Positions 28,695-38,498 of a DNA stretch of 64,000 nucleotides are shown here, one piece after another. Within the stretch, counting starts at the first letter, position 1, and the number at the start of each line of letters is the position of its first letter. The notes beneath the pieces are model-generated. The model saw only the letters and a list, made by a program, of their open reading frames with translations. It ran no database searches and was not told the DNA's origin. The position numbers were made by a program, and so were the translations under genes. This DNA comes from an uncultured delta proteobacterium (GTDB lineage Bacteria > Myxococcota_A > Polyangia > Fen-1088): NCBI GenBank assembly GCA_963767925.1, contig CAVYGB010000002.1, positions 1,600,001-1,664,000 on the forward strand, in the 5' to 3' direction.

Positions 28695-30830
28695 TCACTG
28701 GCCGGGGTCGGGGACGTAGAGCTGGTAACGGCCATCGGGGCCGCTGCTCGTCTCGTCGATGGGGGGCGTGCTGGTGATGTCGGGCGCCTCCGGGTCGATG
28801 CAGGTGGGGGCGCTGCCCACGCAGAACACCTGGATGACGACGCCGGCCGCCGCCACGCCGTTCTCGAGGGCGGCGCCCGACAGGCTCAGGCGGCCGGGAA
28901 GGGCGCGGTCGAGGGTGAGGTCGCTGCTGCGCGCGCGCACCGGCTCGAGGGGGATGCGGGGGACGCGGCGGTCGGCGGGCGGCTCGATGAACAGGCGGTA
29001 GACCCGGTCCGGGTCGGTGGGGAGCTGGTAGCGGCCGTCGCCGCCGACGGTGGTGGTGACGGTGCGGCCGGCGCCGTCCTCGCCGGTGTCGACCGCCTTG
29101 ACGATCAGGCCGGCGGCGACCGCCGCGGGGGTCAGCCGTCCGAGCAGGCGGGTCCGCCGTCCCAGCGTCACCGTGCGCCCGGTGGCGGCGGCCGCGAGCG
29201 ACGTCAGGTCGAGGTTGTTGGCGGTGGTGATGGCGGCGTCGGCGGGCGCGCCCTCGGGCGGGGCCAGCGTGACCCGGTAGCGGGTGCGCGGCAGGGCGGC
29301 GAAGCTGGCCAGGCCGGCCCCGTCGCTGATGGCGAGCCGGCGCACCAGGCCGGCAGCCGGGACCGCGACGCCGCCGAGGGTGAAGCTGCCGACCCGGGGC
29401 AGCGCGCCCGGCTCGCTCTCGATCAGCACGCGCACGCCGGGCAGGGGGGCGCCGGTGGGGGCCAGCACGGTCAGATCGAGGCGGACGGGGGCGGCGGCCG
29501 CGTAGGTGAAGTCGACCGCGGCGCTGCTGTCCCCCTCGCGCAGGATGACCCCGGCCGACTGGGGGAGCTGGGCCTCGGGCAGCCCGCTGCCTTCGGGGGG
29601 CAACACCCGCACCTCGAACTGGCCGGCCCGGGCCTGCAAGGCGTAGCGGCCGCCGTCGCCGGTCTCGCCCACCGTGGACGGCAGGGCGCCGGCGCGCAGG
29701 CGGACGCGCGCTCCCCGCAGCGGCCCCGCGGCGATGGCGACCGCGCCGCTGACGGCGATGCCCCGGTCGACCCGGAAGCTCTGCAGGCCGAACTCCTCGG
29801 CCAGCAGCCCGGCGTGGGCCAGGGGAGCGCGGGCGGGCTGGCCCGGCTCGCCGTCGGGGACCAGCAACACGTCGTAGCGCTGCCCGAGCTCGAGCAGCGC
29901 CCGGAAGCCCATGCGGCGGCTCGGCACCACGTAGCCGTCGAGCCGGGCGGTGGAGCTGCGCCCGGCGATGCGCACGTAGAAGGCGGGCAGCTCGAAGCCG
30001 CGCTCGTCCTGCGGGTCGATGGTGACCGGGTAGCCCCGCTGCAGGTCGATGGTCTTCGTCACCGGGGTGCCGGCGGAGATCTGCAGGTCGGCCTCGAACA
30101 GGGCGAGCGCGCCGGCCGGCGGGGTGGCCCGCACCCGGAACTTGGCGAACAGGCGGTCGGGCACCACCGCGAAGGCGGTGCGGCGGTCCTGGCAGCCCGC
30201 TTCGCCGGCGATCTCGGCCAGGATGGTGTAGCGGCCGGTCATCTCGGTGGGAAACTCGATCACCGCGGGGTCGGCGTCGACGAGGGTGTAGGGGACGGCC
30301 TGGTTGCTCTCGTGGACGATCGACCAGCGCCAGGTCGGCGCGGTGGTGCGGCCGCCGGCGACCCGGGCGGCGAGGCGAAAGCGGTAGCCGGGTCCGGCCG
30401 GGATGTCGGAGAAGCGCTGCGGGGAGAGGGGGTCGATGCTCACCCCGCAGGAAGGCGGCGGATCCACGGCGGGAGGCATGCCGCTCACCGGCGGGGGTGG
30501 GGACGGTGGCGGCGGGGGGGATGCGGCGTCGGCGGCGCCGCCGTCGGTCGGGGGCCTCGATCCTGGGGCGGCGGGCACCGGCGCGGGTGCGGCCGGCGGG
30601 GCGACCGGGCCGGGCGTGGGGTTGAGGGTGGGGGCCGAGCCGCCGGCCCCGCCGGCGCCACCGGGATTGCCGCTGGTCGGTCCGTTCGCGCCGGAGGCGG
30701 GGCCCTCGCTGCTGGCGCCGGGGACGCCGCGGTTCAGGCTCGTCGAACGTTCGGCGGCGCAGGCCGCGGTGAGCGGCAGCAGGGCCAGCAGCGCCAGGCG
30801 CGCGCGACGAGAGGACGCGCGTGGGCTCAC
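28695..30830 (-). CDS. Lipoprotein with Pro-rich linker and carboxypeptidase-regulatory-like repeats
   Basis: GTG overlapping the upstream stop, lipobox LTAAC, repeated T..DG.Y/F beta-sandwich motifs. Confidence 0.7.
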   Translation of the reverse strand: MSPRASSRRARLALLALLPLTAACAAERSTSLNRGVPGASSEGPASGANGPTSGNPGGAGGAGGSAPTLNPTPGPVAPPAAPAPVPAAPGSRPPTDGGAADAASPPPPPSPPPPVSGMPPAVDPPPSCGVSIDPLSPQRFSDIPAGPGYRFRLAARVAGGRTTAPTWRWSIVHESNQAVPYTLVDADPAVIEFPTEMTGRYTILAEIAGEAGCQDRRTAFAVVPDRLFAKFRVRATPPAGALALFEADLQISAGTPVTKTIDLQRGYPVTIDPQDERGFELPAFYVRIAGRSSTARLDGYVVPSRRMGFRALLELGQRYDVLLVPDGEPGQPARAPLAHAGLLAEEFGLQSFRVDRGIAVSGAVAIAAGPLRGARVRLRAGALPSTVGETGDGGRYALQARAGQFEVRVLPPEGSGLPEAQLPQSAGVILREGDSSAAVDFTYAAAAPVRLDLTVLAPTGAPLPGVRVLIESEPGALPRVGSFTLGGVAVPAAGLVRRLAISDGAGLASFAALPRTRYRVTLAPPEGAPADAAITTANNLDLTSLAAAATGRTVTLGRRTRLLGRLTPAAVAAGLIVKAVDTGEDGAGRTVTTTVGGDGRYQLPTDPDRVYRLFIEPPADRRVPRIPLEPVRARSSDLTLDRALPGRLSLSGAALENGVAAAGVVIQVFCVGSAPTCIDPEAPDITSTPPIDETSSGPDGRYQLYVPDPGQ

Positions 30831-32311
30831 AGGTACTCCACCGTCCAGGTGATCCACTGGTGGCAGCCCGAGCCGGGCACCAGCTCGCACACCGGGTCGT
30901 CGGGCTTGCAGCGGGTCGCGAAGTCGCGCGCCTGCGGATCGGCCAGGTCGAGGCGGTCCCAGTATTCGACCCGCACCTCGATGCGGTCGCCGGGCTGGTA
31001 CTCGCGGGCGGGGATGGTGAAGCTGTCGAAGATGGCGCTCACCCGTCGCTCGAAGCGGGGCATGCCGGGCCCCTGCTTGCGGATCGACCAGCGGAAGGCC
31101 CGCTGGGTGGGGCGGCCCGGGTTGGGCCAGGGGTCGCCGTCGTCCTGGACCTCGCTGACCTTGAGCACCCGGTCGCGGTCGTAAAGCTCGAAGAACTTCG
31201 GGGCCGAGCTGAAGCGGGGCTCGGTGTTGCGGATGCAGGGGGCGCGGTCGACGACCTGCAGCGGGTAGGGCGCGGAGGTGGCGCTCTGGGCGCCGTCGGA
31301 GACGGTCAGCTCGGCCCGGTAGGCCCCGCGCTGCTCGGGGGCGAAGCAGACCTCCCATCCGGCGGGGCGGCTGTCGGGGCAGGCGGGCGGGACCACGCTG
31401 CTGCCGTCGGGGCGGGTCAGCTTCCAGGTGAAGGTCAGCGCCTCCTCGGGATCGAAGTCGCCCTTCTCGCCGGCGGCGAGCCGCACGTCGCTGAAGATGC
31501 CGAGGGGGGTGTCGGCGGTGACGCTGGCCGCACGGGGCCCCGCGATCTGGATGCTGGCCAGCGGGGGGGCGATGAGCTGGGAGGTCACCATGAGGTGGGC
31601 CGGGCGCTCGATCCCGAGCTCGTCGAGCGCGAACACGCCCACGCAGAAGGCAGCCCGCTGGGCCCGTTCGTAGCGGAAGCTGGTGAGGCCGGGCTCGACC
31701 CGGGTCAGGCGGGCGGCCCGCTCGGCGTCCTCGCAACGCCCGTCGAGGGCCAGGGCCCAGGAGAGGCTGGAGCGGGCGATGGCCGCCGGATCTTCGGGCG
31801 TCTCGCCGGGCAGGCCATCGAGCGACCGGCGGCGGTATTCGGCGGTGAAGGTGACCGGCTGGCGGCTCTGCACGACCGGGGGCCCCAGCAAGACGAGGCT
31901 GCGCTCGAACATCGCCACCGGCCGGGTGGCGAACCCGCGCGCCCCGTCGGCGTCGCCGACCACGACCCAGACGCAGAAGCTGGCGGCGGCCCGCTGCACG
32001 CCGGCGAAGGTCTCACCGTGGCTGGTCACGGCGGCGCCGGGGTCGCGGCCGGCGACCGAGGCCTCGGCGGCGGCCAGGCTCTCGGGGCAGGTGCTGCCCG
32101 ATCCCCAGGCGAAGCTGCGCGCGCCTGCGGTGTCGTCGCTGACCAGCACCTGGAACTGTCCGGTCTCCCCGCGCAGGAGCTGCTCGGGCCCCTCGATGCG
32201 GATCCGCGGCGCCGTGTTGACCGTATCGGTGAACAGCAGACAGCCACCAGCACCGCTCGCCAGGAGCCCGATCCACGCGACCCGCGCCGCTATCATCCAC
32301 GACTTCCTCAT
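30827..32311 (-). CDS. Lipoprotein with PKD/Ig-like domains
   Basis: Lipobox AGGC, NTAP.I.IEGP, LTFTWKL, YRAELTVSDG. Confidence 0.7.
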   Translation of the reverse strand: MRKSWMIAARVAWIGLLASGAGGCLLFTDTVNTAPRIRIEGPEQLLRGETGQFQVLVSDDTAGARSFAWGSGSTCPESLAAAEASVAGRDPGAAVTSHGETFAGVQRAAASFCVWVVVGDADGARGFATRPVAMFERSLVLLGPPVVQSRQPVTFTAEYRRRSLDGLPGETPEDPAAIARSSLSWALALDGRCEDAERAARLTRVEPGLTSFRYERAQRAAFCVGVFALDELGIERPAHLMVTSQLIAPPLASIQIAGPRAASVTADTPLGIFSDVRLAAGEKGDFDPEEALTFTWKLTRPDGSSVVPPACPDSRPAGWEVCFAPEQRGAYRAELTVSDGAQSATSAPYPLQVVDRAPCIRNTEPRFSSAPKFFELYDRDRVLKVSEVQDDGDPWPNPGRPTQRAFRWSIRKQGPGMPRFERRVSAIFDSFTIPAREYQPGDRIEVRVEYWDRLDLADPQARDFATRCKPDDPVCELVPGSGCHQWITWTVEYL

Positions 32312-32560
32312 GATCGGCCGGGCGGTAACGCTAACACGCCCAGCGGCGTTGCAACGGCAGCGCCATGCTCCAAAGCCGCCGAAGCCGCGCCAGATGCGAG
32401 GTCCTGCCCCCGCCGCACCGGCCCGCCGCACGCGCGGTCGGCAACCCTGATCCAGATGTCCCGATCCCGTCGCCCCGCCGCCCCGCGCCCACCGGCCCGC
32501 GCGATGCGCTCGGGGACGGAGACACCAGTTCGCAGAAGCGGACTGCGCAAGTCCAGGGAA

Positions 32561-32896
32561 CTAGGGCAAGAAGGTCGCGGCGGTGTGGAGGACCCAGACG
32601 AGGTAGCCGAGGCCGAAGCCGGCGATCGACAGCGGCAGGAGAGGGCGCACGACGCGGGCGACGATCCCGGACAGCGCCGCGGCGACCGGGCGGGCGGGTC
32701 GCGGGGAGGTGGGGGAGGGGCGAGAGGCTCGCCAGTGGCGGGCGCTGCTGGCGAGGAGCTCGGCGGTGGCGCGGGCGAGGATCCGTGGCTCGCGGGGGGC
32801 GCGCGGGGCCAGGGCGGGGAGATCGCGCAGGGCGCGCAGGACCAGATCGTCTTCGATGTGCAGGGGCAGGTCGGGCGGCGGGGCGGAGTCAGCCAT
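32561..32896 (-). CDS. Small single-TM protein, putative anti-sigma factor
   Basis: Overlaps the sigma factor stop; C-terminal hydrophobic helix. Confidence 0.55.
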   Translation of the reverse strand: MADSAPPPDLPLHIEDDLVLRALRDLPALAPRAPREPRILARATAELLASSARHWRASRPSPTSPRPARPVAAALSGIVARVVRPLLPLSIAGFGLGYLVWVLHTAATFLP

Positions 32897-33467
32897 GGGC
32901 ACGTTCCTTCGCGAGGGTTGCGCGCGGTTCGGGCAGGAGGGCGGCGAGAGCGGCGCGGGCGCGGGCCAGCCGCTGCCGCAGGGCCGGGTAGGTGATGCCG
33001 AGGATCTCGGCGACCTGGGCCTGGTCGAGCCCGTCGACGCCGACCAGCAGCAGGACCTCGCGGTGGGCGGCGGGCAAGCTGGTCAGCGCCTCCTCGACCG
33101 CGGCCACCATGCGCGACTGCGCGGCGGCCGCCTCCGGACCGGGGCCCGGGGTGGCGCACACGTCGTCGGACAGGGCGATCCAGCGGCTCAGGTCGAGCCG
33201 GGACCAGCGCAGGTAAGAGCGGAAGGCGTTGCGGGCCACGGTGAACAGCCACGCCGCCAGGTCGGTGTCCGCGCGCAGGGTCGGAGCCGCCCGCGCCAGC
33301 GCCATCCAGGTCTCCTGAAACAGGTCCTCCGCCACATCGTCCCGCCGCACCGCCCGCCGCAAGAACCCGTACAAGGAGGTCCGGAACCGCTCGTACACCG
33401 CCGAAAACGACGCCACATCCCCCCGCCGCAACCCGGCGAGCAGATCAACGTCCAGCGGTCCCCCCAT
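32889..33467 (-). CDS. ECF RNA polymerase sigma-70 factor
   Basis: AEDLFQETW, AWLFTVARN, LP..HREVLLL..EILGI..RLARAR. Confidence 0.92.
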   Translation of the reverse strand: MGGPLDVDLLAGLRRGDVASFSAVYERFRTSLYGFLRRAVRRDDVAEDLFQETWMALARAAPTLRADTDLAAWLFTVARNAFRSYLRWSRLDLSRWIALSDDVCATPGPGPEAAAAQSRMVAAVEEALTSLPAAHREVLLLVGVDGLDQAQVAEILGITYPALRQRLARARAALAALLPEPRATLAKERAHG

Positions 33468-33475
33468 CCCGCTAT

Positions 33476-33502
33476 CAACGTCCGCGGCGCGCGCGTGTGA
33501 CA
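33476..33502 (-). promoter_or_regulatory. ECF-type promoter for the sigma gene
   Basis: Minus strand TGTCAC-N16-CGTTG about 10 nt before the ATG. Confidence 0.6.
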
Positions 33503-33534
33503 GAGAAAACGCGCGCCCCGGACGGTTCCCGGTC

Positions 33535-33561
33535 GGTCACACAATGGGAAGGCAGGCGTTG
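33535..33561 (+). promoter_or_regulatory. ECF-type promoter for the divergent membrane-protein gene
   Basis: Plus strand GGTCAC-N16-CGTTG, same motif and spacing as the divergent one. Confidence 0.6.
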
Positions 33562-33605
33562 GAGGTGGGGCGCGGCAAGGTGCTCGCGCTCGAATGGAGG
33601 TCTCG

Positions 33606-33953
33606 ATGCGTGAGCTGATGTCACATGGCGGGCCGGGAATGTGGCCCATCCTGATTCTGGGGGTGGTGGGGCTGGCCACCGCGGGCTGGTTTGCCTGGCG
33701 GGCGGAGGGGCGGGTGGTCGGGTTTGTCGATCGGCTGGGGAGGTCGATCGTCTGCGCGACCCTGGTGGCGCTGGCCATGGACATCATGGCCACCCTGTTT
33801 CATGCCCCTCGGGCCCCGGTCGAGGACAGGACGCTCCTGGTGATGCGGGGCCTGGGCGAGTCGATGTCCCCGCTGGTGCTCGGCTTCGCCCTCCTGTGCC
33901 TCATCAACCTGCTGATGGCCATCGGCCAGCGCCGCCTCGACGGCAAGGCCTGA
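33606..33953 (+). CDS. Small 3-TM membrane protein, MotA/TolQ/ExbB-like
   Basis: GGPGMWPILILG start, three hydrophobic helices, GLGESMSPL; GGAGG RBS. Confidence 0.6.
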   Translation: MRELMSHGGPGMWPILILGVVGLATAGWFAWRAEGRVVGFVDRLGRSIVCATLVALAMDIMATLFHAPRAPVEDRTLLVMRGLGESMSPLVLGFALLCLINLLMAIGQRRLDGKA

Positions 33954-34016
33954 CCCGCTCGCATCCCGCCTCCGTCACGGCACGGAGGCGGGCGGCGGGG
34001 CGTCGAGGGGACCGGG

Positions 34017-35501
34017 TCAGCCGCGCAGGATCCAGCCGAGGAGCTGGGTGGGGCGGGGCGGTTTCCCTTGCAGGAGCAGGCCGACCCGGAACACGCGTCC
34101 GCCTGCCCAGACGGCGGCCAGGGCGAACAGCAACGTCCCGAGCAAACCTACGATCGGTTGCCAAAGGGGGATCGCCTCGGTCGCCGCCAGCCGCAGCGGC
34201 ATCAGGATGGGTGTCCACATCGGGACGAACGAGAGCGCGGTCGCGAAGCCGCCGGTCGGCTCCTCCAGCACCTTCCACCAGACCATCATCGGCAGCAGCA
34301 TCACCAGCAGGACCGGCAGCACGAAGTTCTGCGCGTCCTTGAGCTCGCTGCAGGCGGCGCCCACCGCGCCGAAGATCGACCCGTAAAGGAGGACACCCAC
34401 CACCGGGAACACCAGCACGGCGGTGAGCACCCCCTGCCGCAGCAAGCTGGAGAGGCCGTATTCGTTCATCAGCCAGGCGCTGCCCGCGACATAGATCACC
34501 ATCGTGGTCAGCGACACCCCGGCGCTGCCGAGGACCTTGCCCAGCATCAGCTCGGCCGGGCGGACGGAGCCCAGCAGCACCTCGGCGATGCGCTGCTGCT
34601 TCTCCTCGAGGGTGCTCTGCAACATGGTCTGCGACATCATGAGCGCCAGGAACACCAGCACCATCACCCCGACGGGCACGAACATGGCGGCGTCCCGGCT
34701 GCGCTCGTCGCCGCTGCCGATGGCCCCGTCGGCGTCGCGGGTGTAGAGCCCCAGGGCATCGACAGTCACCGGCGCCAGCGCGCGCGCCACCACCAGCACG
34801 TCGATCCCCGCCGCGCCCAGCCGCTCGCGCTGCACCGCCTGGTTCGCGGATCGAATGAACCAGCGGGCCAGCCCGGCGGTCGGCGCCGCGATGAGATGCA
34901 GGCGGATCGGCGCCCGGACCGACGCGGCGGCGTCGGCCGCGGTCGATCCTCCCGGCGCCGTCGGTGTCCCGCCGGTCGATCCTCCGGCCGGGGCCGATCC
35001 CGCTGTCGAATTCGCAGGTGCGCCGGGACCCGGCGCTCCGGCGGCGGGGGCTCCCGGTGGGCGCGGCGCTCCCCCGGTGAGGCGGTTGAGCACGGCGGAA
35101 AGATCACCGGGAGCCAGGGCGGAAGGGTCGATCTCGGCGAAGGCGTGCAGCTCGCCCTTGCGGATGCGCTCCGACAGCTCCAGCCGTTGCCCATCGGTCA
35201 GGGTGGGGGTGGGCGCGGCGATGAGCTGGAACCGCGGCTCGACCTGGCGGCGGGTCGCGGGGTCCATCACCTCCAGGCGGTTGCGCAGCTCGGCCGCCTC
35301 GAGCAGGCGGGGCAGGACCTTGCCGGTGGCATCGGCGACGACGACGCGCTTGTCCGCCACATCGACCCGGCCGCGCATGAGCTTCGGGATGGCGGCGCCT
35401 CCCAGCATCAGCACCGGCATCAGCACCAGCGACACGAGGAACGCCTTGCTGCGGACGCTCGAGCGGTACTCCCGCAGGGCGATGACCAGGGTTCTACGCA
35501 T
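34017..35501 (-). CDS. ABC-2 type permease (NatB/YhaP-like)
   Basis: IALREY..VRSKAF, EEKQQRIAEVLLGSVRPAELMLGKVLG, multiple TM helices. Confidence 0.9.
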   Translation of the reverse strand: MRRTLVIALREYRSSVRSKAFLVSLVLMPVLMLGGAAIPKLMRGRVDVADKRVVVADATGKVLPRLLEAAELRNRLEVMDPATRRQVEPRFQLIAAPTPTLTDGQRLELSERIRKGELHAFAEIDPSALAPGDLSAVLNRLTGGAPRPPGAPAAGAPGPGAPANSTAGSAPAGGSTGGTPTAPGGSTAADAAASVRAPIRLHLIAAPTAGLARWFIRSANQAVQRERLGAAGIDVLVVARALAPVTVDALGLYTRDADGAIGSGDERSRDAAMFVPVGVMVLVFLALMMSQTMLQSTLEEKQQRIAEVLLGSVRPAELMLGKVLGSAGVSLTTMVIYVAGSAWLMNEYGLSSLLRQGVLTAVLVFPVVGVLLYGSIFGAVGAACSELKDAQNFVLPVLLVMLLPMMVWWKVLEEPTGGFATALSFVPMWTPILMPLRLAATEAIPLWQPIVGLLGTLLFALAAVWAGGRVFRVGLLLQGKPPRPTQLLGWILRG

Positions 35502-36471
35502 GGGCCTCGCCTCCGTCGCTGTCCTGCGCCGCCGGGCCGGCGATGCGCACGAAGATGTCTTGCAGGTGGGGACGCCCCACCTCGAAGTGCTCGACCCGCA
35601 CCTTCTCGACGAGCGCCCGCAGGATCGCCTGCGGGTCGCTCCCCGGCTCGAGCCGCAGCTCCTGGAGCTGCCCGAAGTCATTGACCCGGGCGACACCCGG
35701 CAGCCGCTCGAACGCGATGCGGTCGCCCGCCACCCGGACCTTCACCGTGTCGGTGGCGTATTGCTGGCGGATCGCCTCGAGCGTCCCGTCGAGCACCTTG
35801 CGCCCGTGGTGGATCATGAGGATGAAATCGCACATCCGCTCGGCCACCTCCATGTCGTGGGTAGAGAACAGGATCGTCGTCCCCTTGCCCCGCACCTCCA
35901 GGATGGCCTCCCGGATCGTCTCCATGTTCACCGGATCGAGCCCGGAGAACGGCTCGTCGAGGATGAGCAGCTCGGGCTCGTGCAGGACCGCGGCGATGAA
36001 CTGGACCTTCTGGGCCATCCCCTTGGACAGCGCCTCGACCCGCCGCCCCTCGCAATCGCCGATGCCGAGCCGCTCCAGCCAGCGCCGGCTCTCGACCCGC
36101 GACCGCCGCTCCGGCACCCCCTTGAGCGCCGCGAAGAACCGCAGCAACTCCCCCACCGGCATCTTCCGGTAAAGCCCCCGCTCCTCCGGCAGGTAGCCAA
36201 TCCGGTCGGACGCGCCGTCCCCCGTGCTGGCGTCGTGCCCCAGCACCCGGATCTGCCCCGCGTCGGGATGGTAGATGCGCGTGATCATCCGCAAGGTCGT
36301 GCTCTTGCCCGACCCGTTGGGCCCGATGATCCCGTACACCGCACCCACCGGCACCCGGAACGAGATCCCATCCACCGCCCGCTTCGCCCCGAAGCTCTTC
36401 CGCACGCCTTCGAGCCCCACGGCCTCTCCATTCAAGGTTGCAGACAAGGACCCTCCATCTCCAAGCACCAT
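35494..36471 (-). CDS. ABC transporter ATP-binding protein (start uncertain)
   Basis: GPNGSGKST, GYLPEERGLY, LSKGMAQK, LILDEPFSGLDP. Confidence 0.93.
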   Translation of the reverse strand: MVLGDGGSLSATLNGEAVGLEGVRKSFGAKRAVDGISFRVPVGAVYGIIGPNGSGKSTTLRMITRIYHPDAGQIRVLGHDASTGDGASDRIGYLPEERGLYRKMPVGELLRFFAALKGVPERRSRVESRRWLERLGIGDCEGRRVEALSKGMAQKVQFIAAVLHEPELLILDEPFSGLDPVNMETIREAILEVRGKGTTILFSTHDMEVAERMCDFILMIHHGRKVLDGTLEAIRQQYATDTVKVRVAGDRIAFERLPGVARVNDFGQLQELRLEPGSDPQAILRALVEKVRVEHFEVGRPHLQDIFVRIAGPAAQDSDGGEAHA

Positions 36472-36593
36472 GCCAGAACGCACCCCCCTAAGTGTCCTTC
36501 CCACCCCTTTTCCTTCTCCCCCCCAAAAGTCACACCGCCCCAACCCGTGCCGTCCTCGTTCCCGTTCCCGTTCCACCCCCGGCAAGGCCACCC

Positions 36594-36648
36594 CCCCTCA
36601 CCCTCACCCTCTCCCCACAGCCGCAGACGGCCGCGGGGAGAGGGCAAC
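36594..36648 (+). repeat. Hairpin repeat, forward copy with a longer loop
   Basis: cccctcaccctcaccctctccccacagccgcagacggccgcggggagagggcaac. Confidence 0.9.
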
Positions 36649-36862
36649 CAGCCAGCGGTTTGCCCCGCCTGAGCGCCCGCTCCCCCCGGGCAAAACAGCC
36701 AGCGGTTTGCCCCGCCTGAGCGCCCGCTCCCCCCGGGCAAAACAGCCAGCGGTTTGCCCCGCCTGAGCGCCCGCTCCCCGGGCAAACAGCCAGCGGTTTG
36801 CCCCGCCTGAGCGTCCGCTCCCCCCGGGCAAAACAGCCAGCGGTTTGCCCCGCCTGAGCGCC
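36649..36862. repeat. Tandem array, about 4.6 x 47 bp
   Basis: cagccagcggtttgccccgcctgagcgcccgctccccccgggcaaaa at 36649, 36696, 36743, 36787, 36834 (one 44-bp unit). Confidence 0.95.
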
Positions 36863-36932
36863 GCTGGGCCCGTGAGGCCCCCCCCGCCGGCGCGTGAGCG
36901 GCCGTCCCCCGGGAAGCACATCCCCACCTCCC

Positions 36933-37059
36933 CGCGCCCCCCGCCGGAAAGCACGGAGCGCCCCCGGACAATCTCGCGCGCCCCCCGCCGGAAAGCACGG
37001 AGCGCCCCCGGACAATCTCGCGCGCCCCCCCGCCGGAAAGCACGGAGCGCCCTCGCCCC
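36933..37059. repeat. Tandem array, about 2.7 x 44 bp, running into a truncated reverse repeat arm (gccctcgcccc)
   Basis: ccggaaagcacggagcgccc at 36944, 36988, 37033. Confidence 0.9.
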
Positions 37060-37082
37060 AAGCTCGCTGCTAGACTTCCGTC

Positions 37083-37664
37083 ATGCACACCATGGGAGCG
37101 AAGGTCGGCGTCACGCTCCTCGGAACCGGGCTCCTCCTGGGCAGCGGCCTGGGGTGCGGGACCGGGCAGAGCGTCGGAGGAGCGGCGGCGGCCGACGAAT
37201 ACCTCACCCTGCGGACCGAAGGCGCAAGCTGGCAAATGCGGATCGAGCCCTCAGGCCGGGTATCGGGCGCCGACATCGAGCTGGCCGCGACCGGTACCGG
37301 GTACCGGGGCATGGTCGGCGGCCAGCTCGCGGACATGTTCACCGCCGACGGCCGGCGCATCGTCGGCACGCGGGGCGGGTTGCCCATCGACCTGCACGTG
37401 GCAGCGGCAGGAGAGGCGATCTCGGCGACCGGGACATTTGCCGGAACAATGGGCCGGGTGGAGCTGGCGGGGCAGGGGATGAGCAGCAGCGTCGGTCGGT
37501 GCACGGTGGTGCTCGAGCGGCAGGATGAGCGCCGGTATGTGGGGCAGCGGAATTGCCGGGGGAGCGCCCGGTTTTCCAGGACCGAGCTCGAAGTACCAGC
37601 CGCTTTCGCGCTCCTCTCGCCGGAGAGAAAGATCATGCTCCTGGCTGCGCTCACCGGTAGCTGA
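37083..37664 (+). CDS. Hypothetical lipoprotein
   Basis: Lipobox GLGC, beta-rich mature region. Confidence 0.65.
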   Translation: MHTMGAKVGVTLLGTGLLLGSGLGCGTGQSVGGAAAADEYLTLRTEGASWQMRIEPSGRVSGADIELAATGTGYRGMVGGQLADMFTADGRRIVGTRGGLPIDLHVAAAGEAISATGTFAGTMGRVELAGQGMSSSVGRCTVVLERQDERRYVGQRNCRGSARFSRTELEVPAAFALLSPERKIMLLAALTGS

Positions 37665-37708
37665 GCCGGGCGCCGCAAGCGCACCCCAGCGCCCGCGCGC
37701 CGGGGGCG

Positions 37709-38431
37709 TCAGTCGCTGTCGATCTCGATCTCGATGTCCGGGTTGTACGAGGGCGGGTCGCCATCCTCGTCGACCGTGATCTCGACGGTCGTCTTCTTCC
37801 CCTCGGGCAAGGTGAGCGAGAAGCTCTGCTCGGAGATGTAGCCCAGCCTGGGGTTCTCGCGGGACCGCACCTCGATGCGCACCCCGAGGACGTGATTGCC
37901 CGGTGGCACCCCGCGCGCCGCCAGCGTGACCGCGTTGTCGCCCAGCGGGGCGGAGCCGGCGTCCCAGATGCGCACGCCATCCAGCCGCAGCTCCGCCGTC
38001 TTCAGCAGGTAGCGGCGCGCCCCCTCCCACTGCACGACCGGGATGAGCTGCGTCGACAGCAGGGCATTTTCCAGCGTCTCGCGCCGGGCGCGCGAGCGGA
38101 ACAGGGCGTCCTTGATCGCGCTGTGCTCGGCCCGCAGCCGCTCGACCTCCGCCGCGCTGGCCTCGCCGGCAGCGGGCCGCCGGTCCGCCGCGCTGGCCTC
38201 GCCGGCAGCGGGCCGCCGGTCCGCGGGCGACCCGGCCGGCGTCGCGCCCGGCGCTTCACCCGCCGCCGGACGCCGCTCGGCCGGTGAACCGGGCGGCGGC
38301 GCACCCGCCGCCTCCCCGCCGCCCCGCGACCCGGCCGGCTGCGAGGCGGTCGGCCCCGCCAGGGCCGCGACGAGCACCAACCCGAGGGCGGCCGCGAGCA
38401 ACGACGGCAACCGCGGCGGCGACAGCTTCAT
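37709..38431 (-). CDS. Secreted hypothetical protein with coiled coil and beta-rich C-terminus
   Basis: Signal peptide, 36-bp in-frame duplication (ADRRPAAGEASA), co-oriented with the OMP pair. Confidence 0.7.
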   Translation of the reverse strand: MKLSPPRLPSLLAAALGLVLVAALAGPTASQPAGSRGGGEAAGAPPPGSPAERRPAAGEAPGATPAGSPADRRPAAGEASAADRRPAAGEASAAEVERLRAEHSAIKDALFRSRARRETLENALLSTQLIPVVQWEGARRYLLKTAELRLDGVRIWDAGSAPLGDNAVTLAARGVPPGNHVLGVRIEVRSRENPRLGYISEQSFSLTLPEGKKTTVEITVDEDGDPPSYNPDIEIEIDSD

Positions 38432-38498
38432 GTTCTCGTCCCCCTGCGCTTCAGGAAACCCCTCATCGATGTGCTCATCCCTTCAACCGCCCCCCCCG

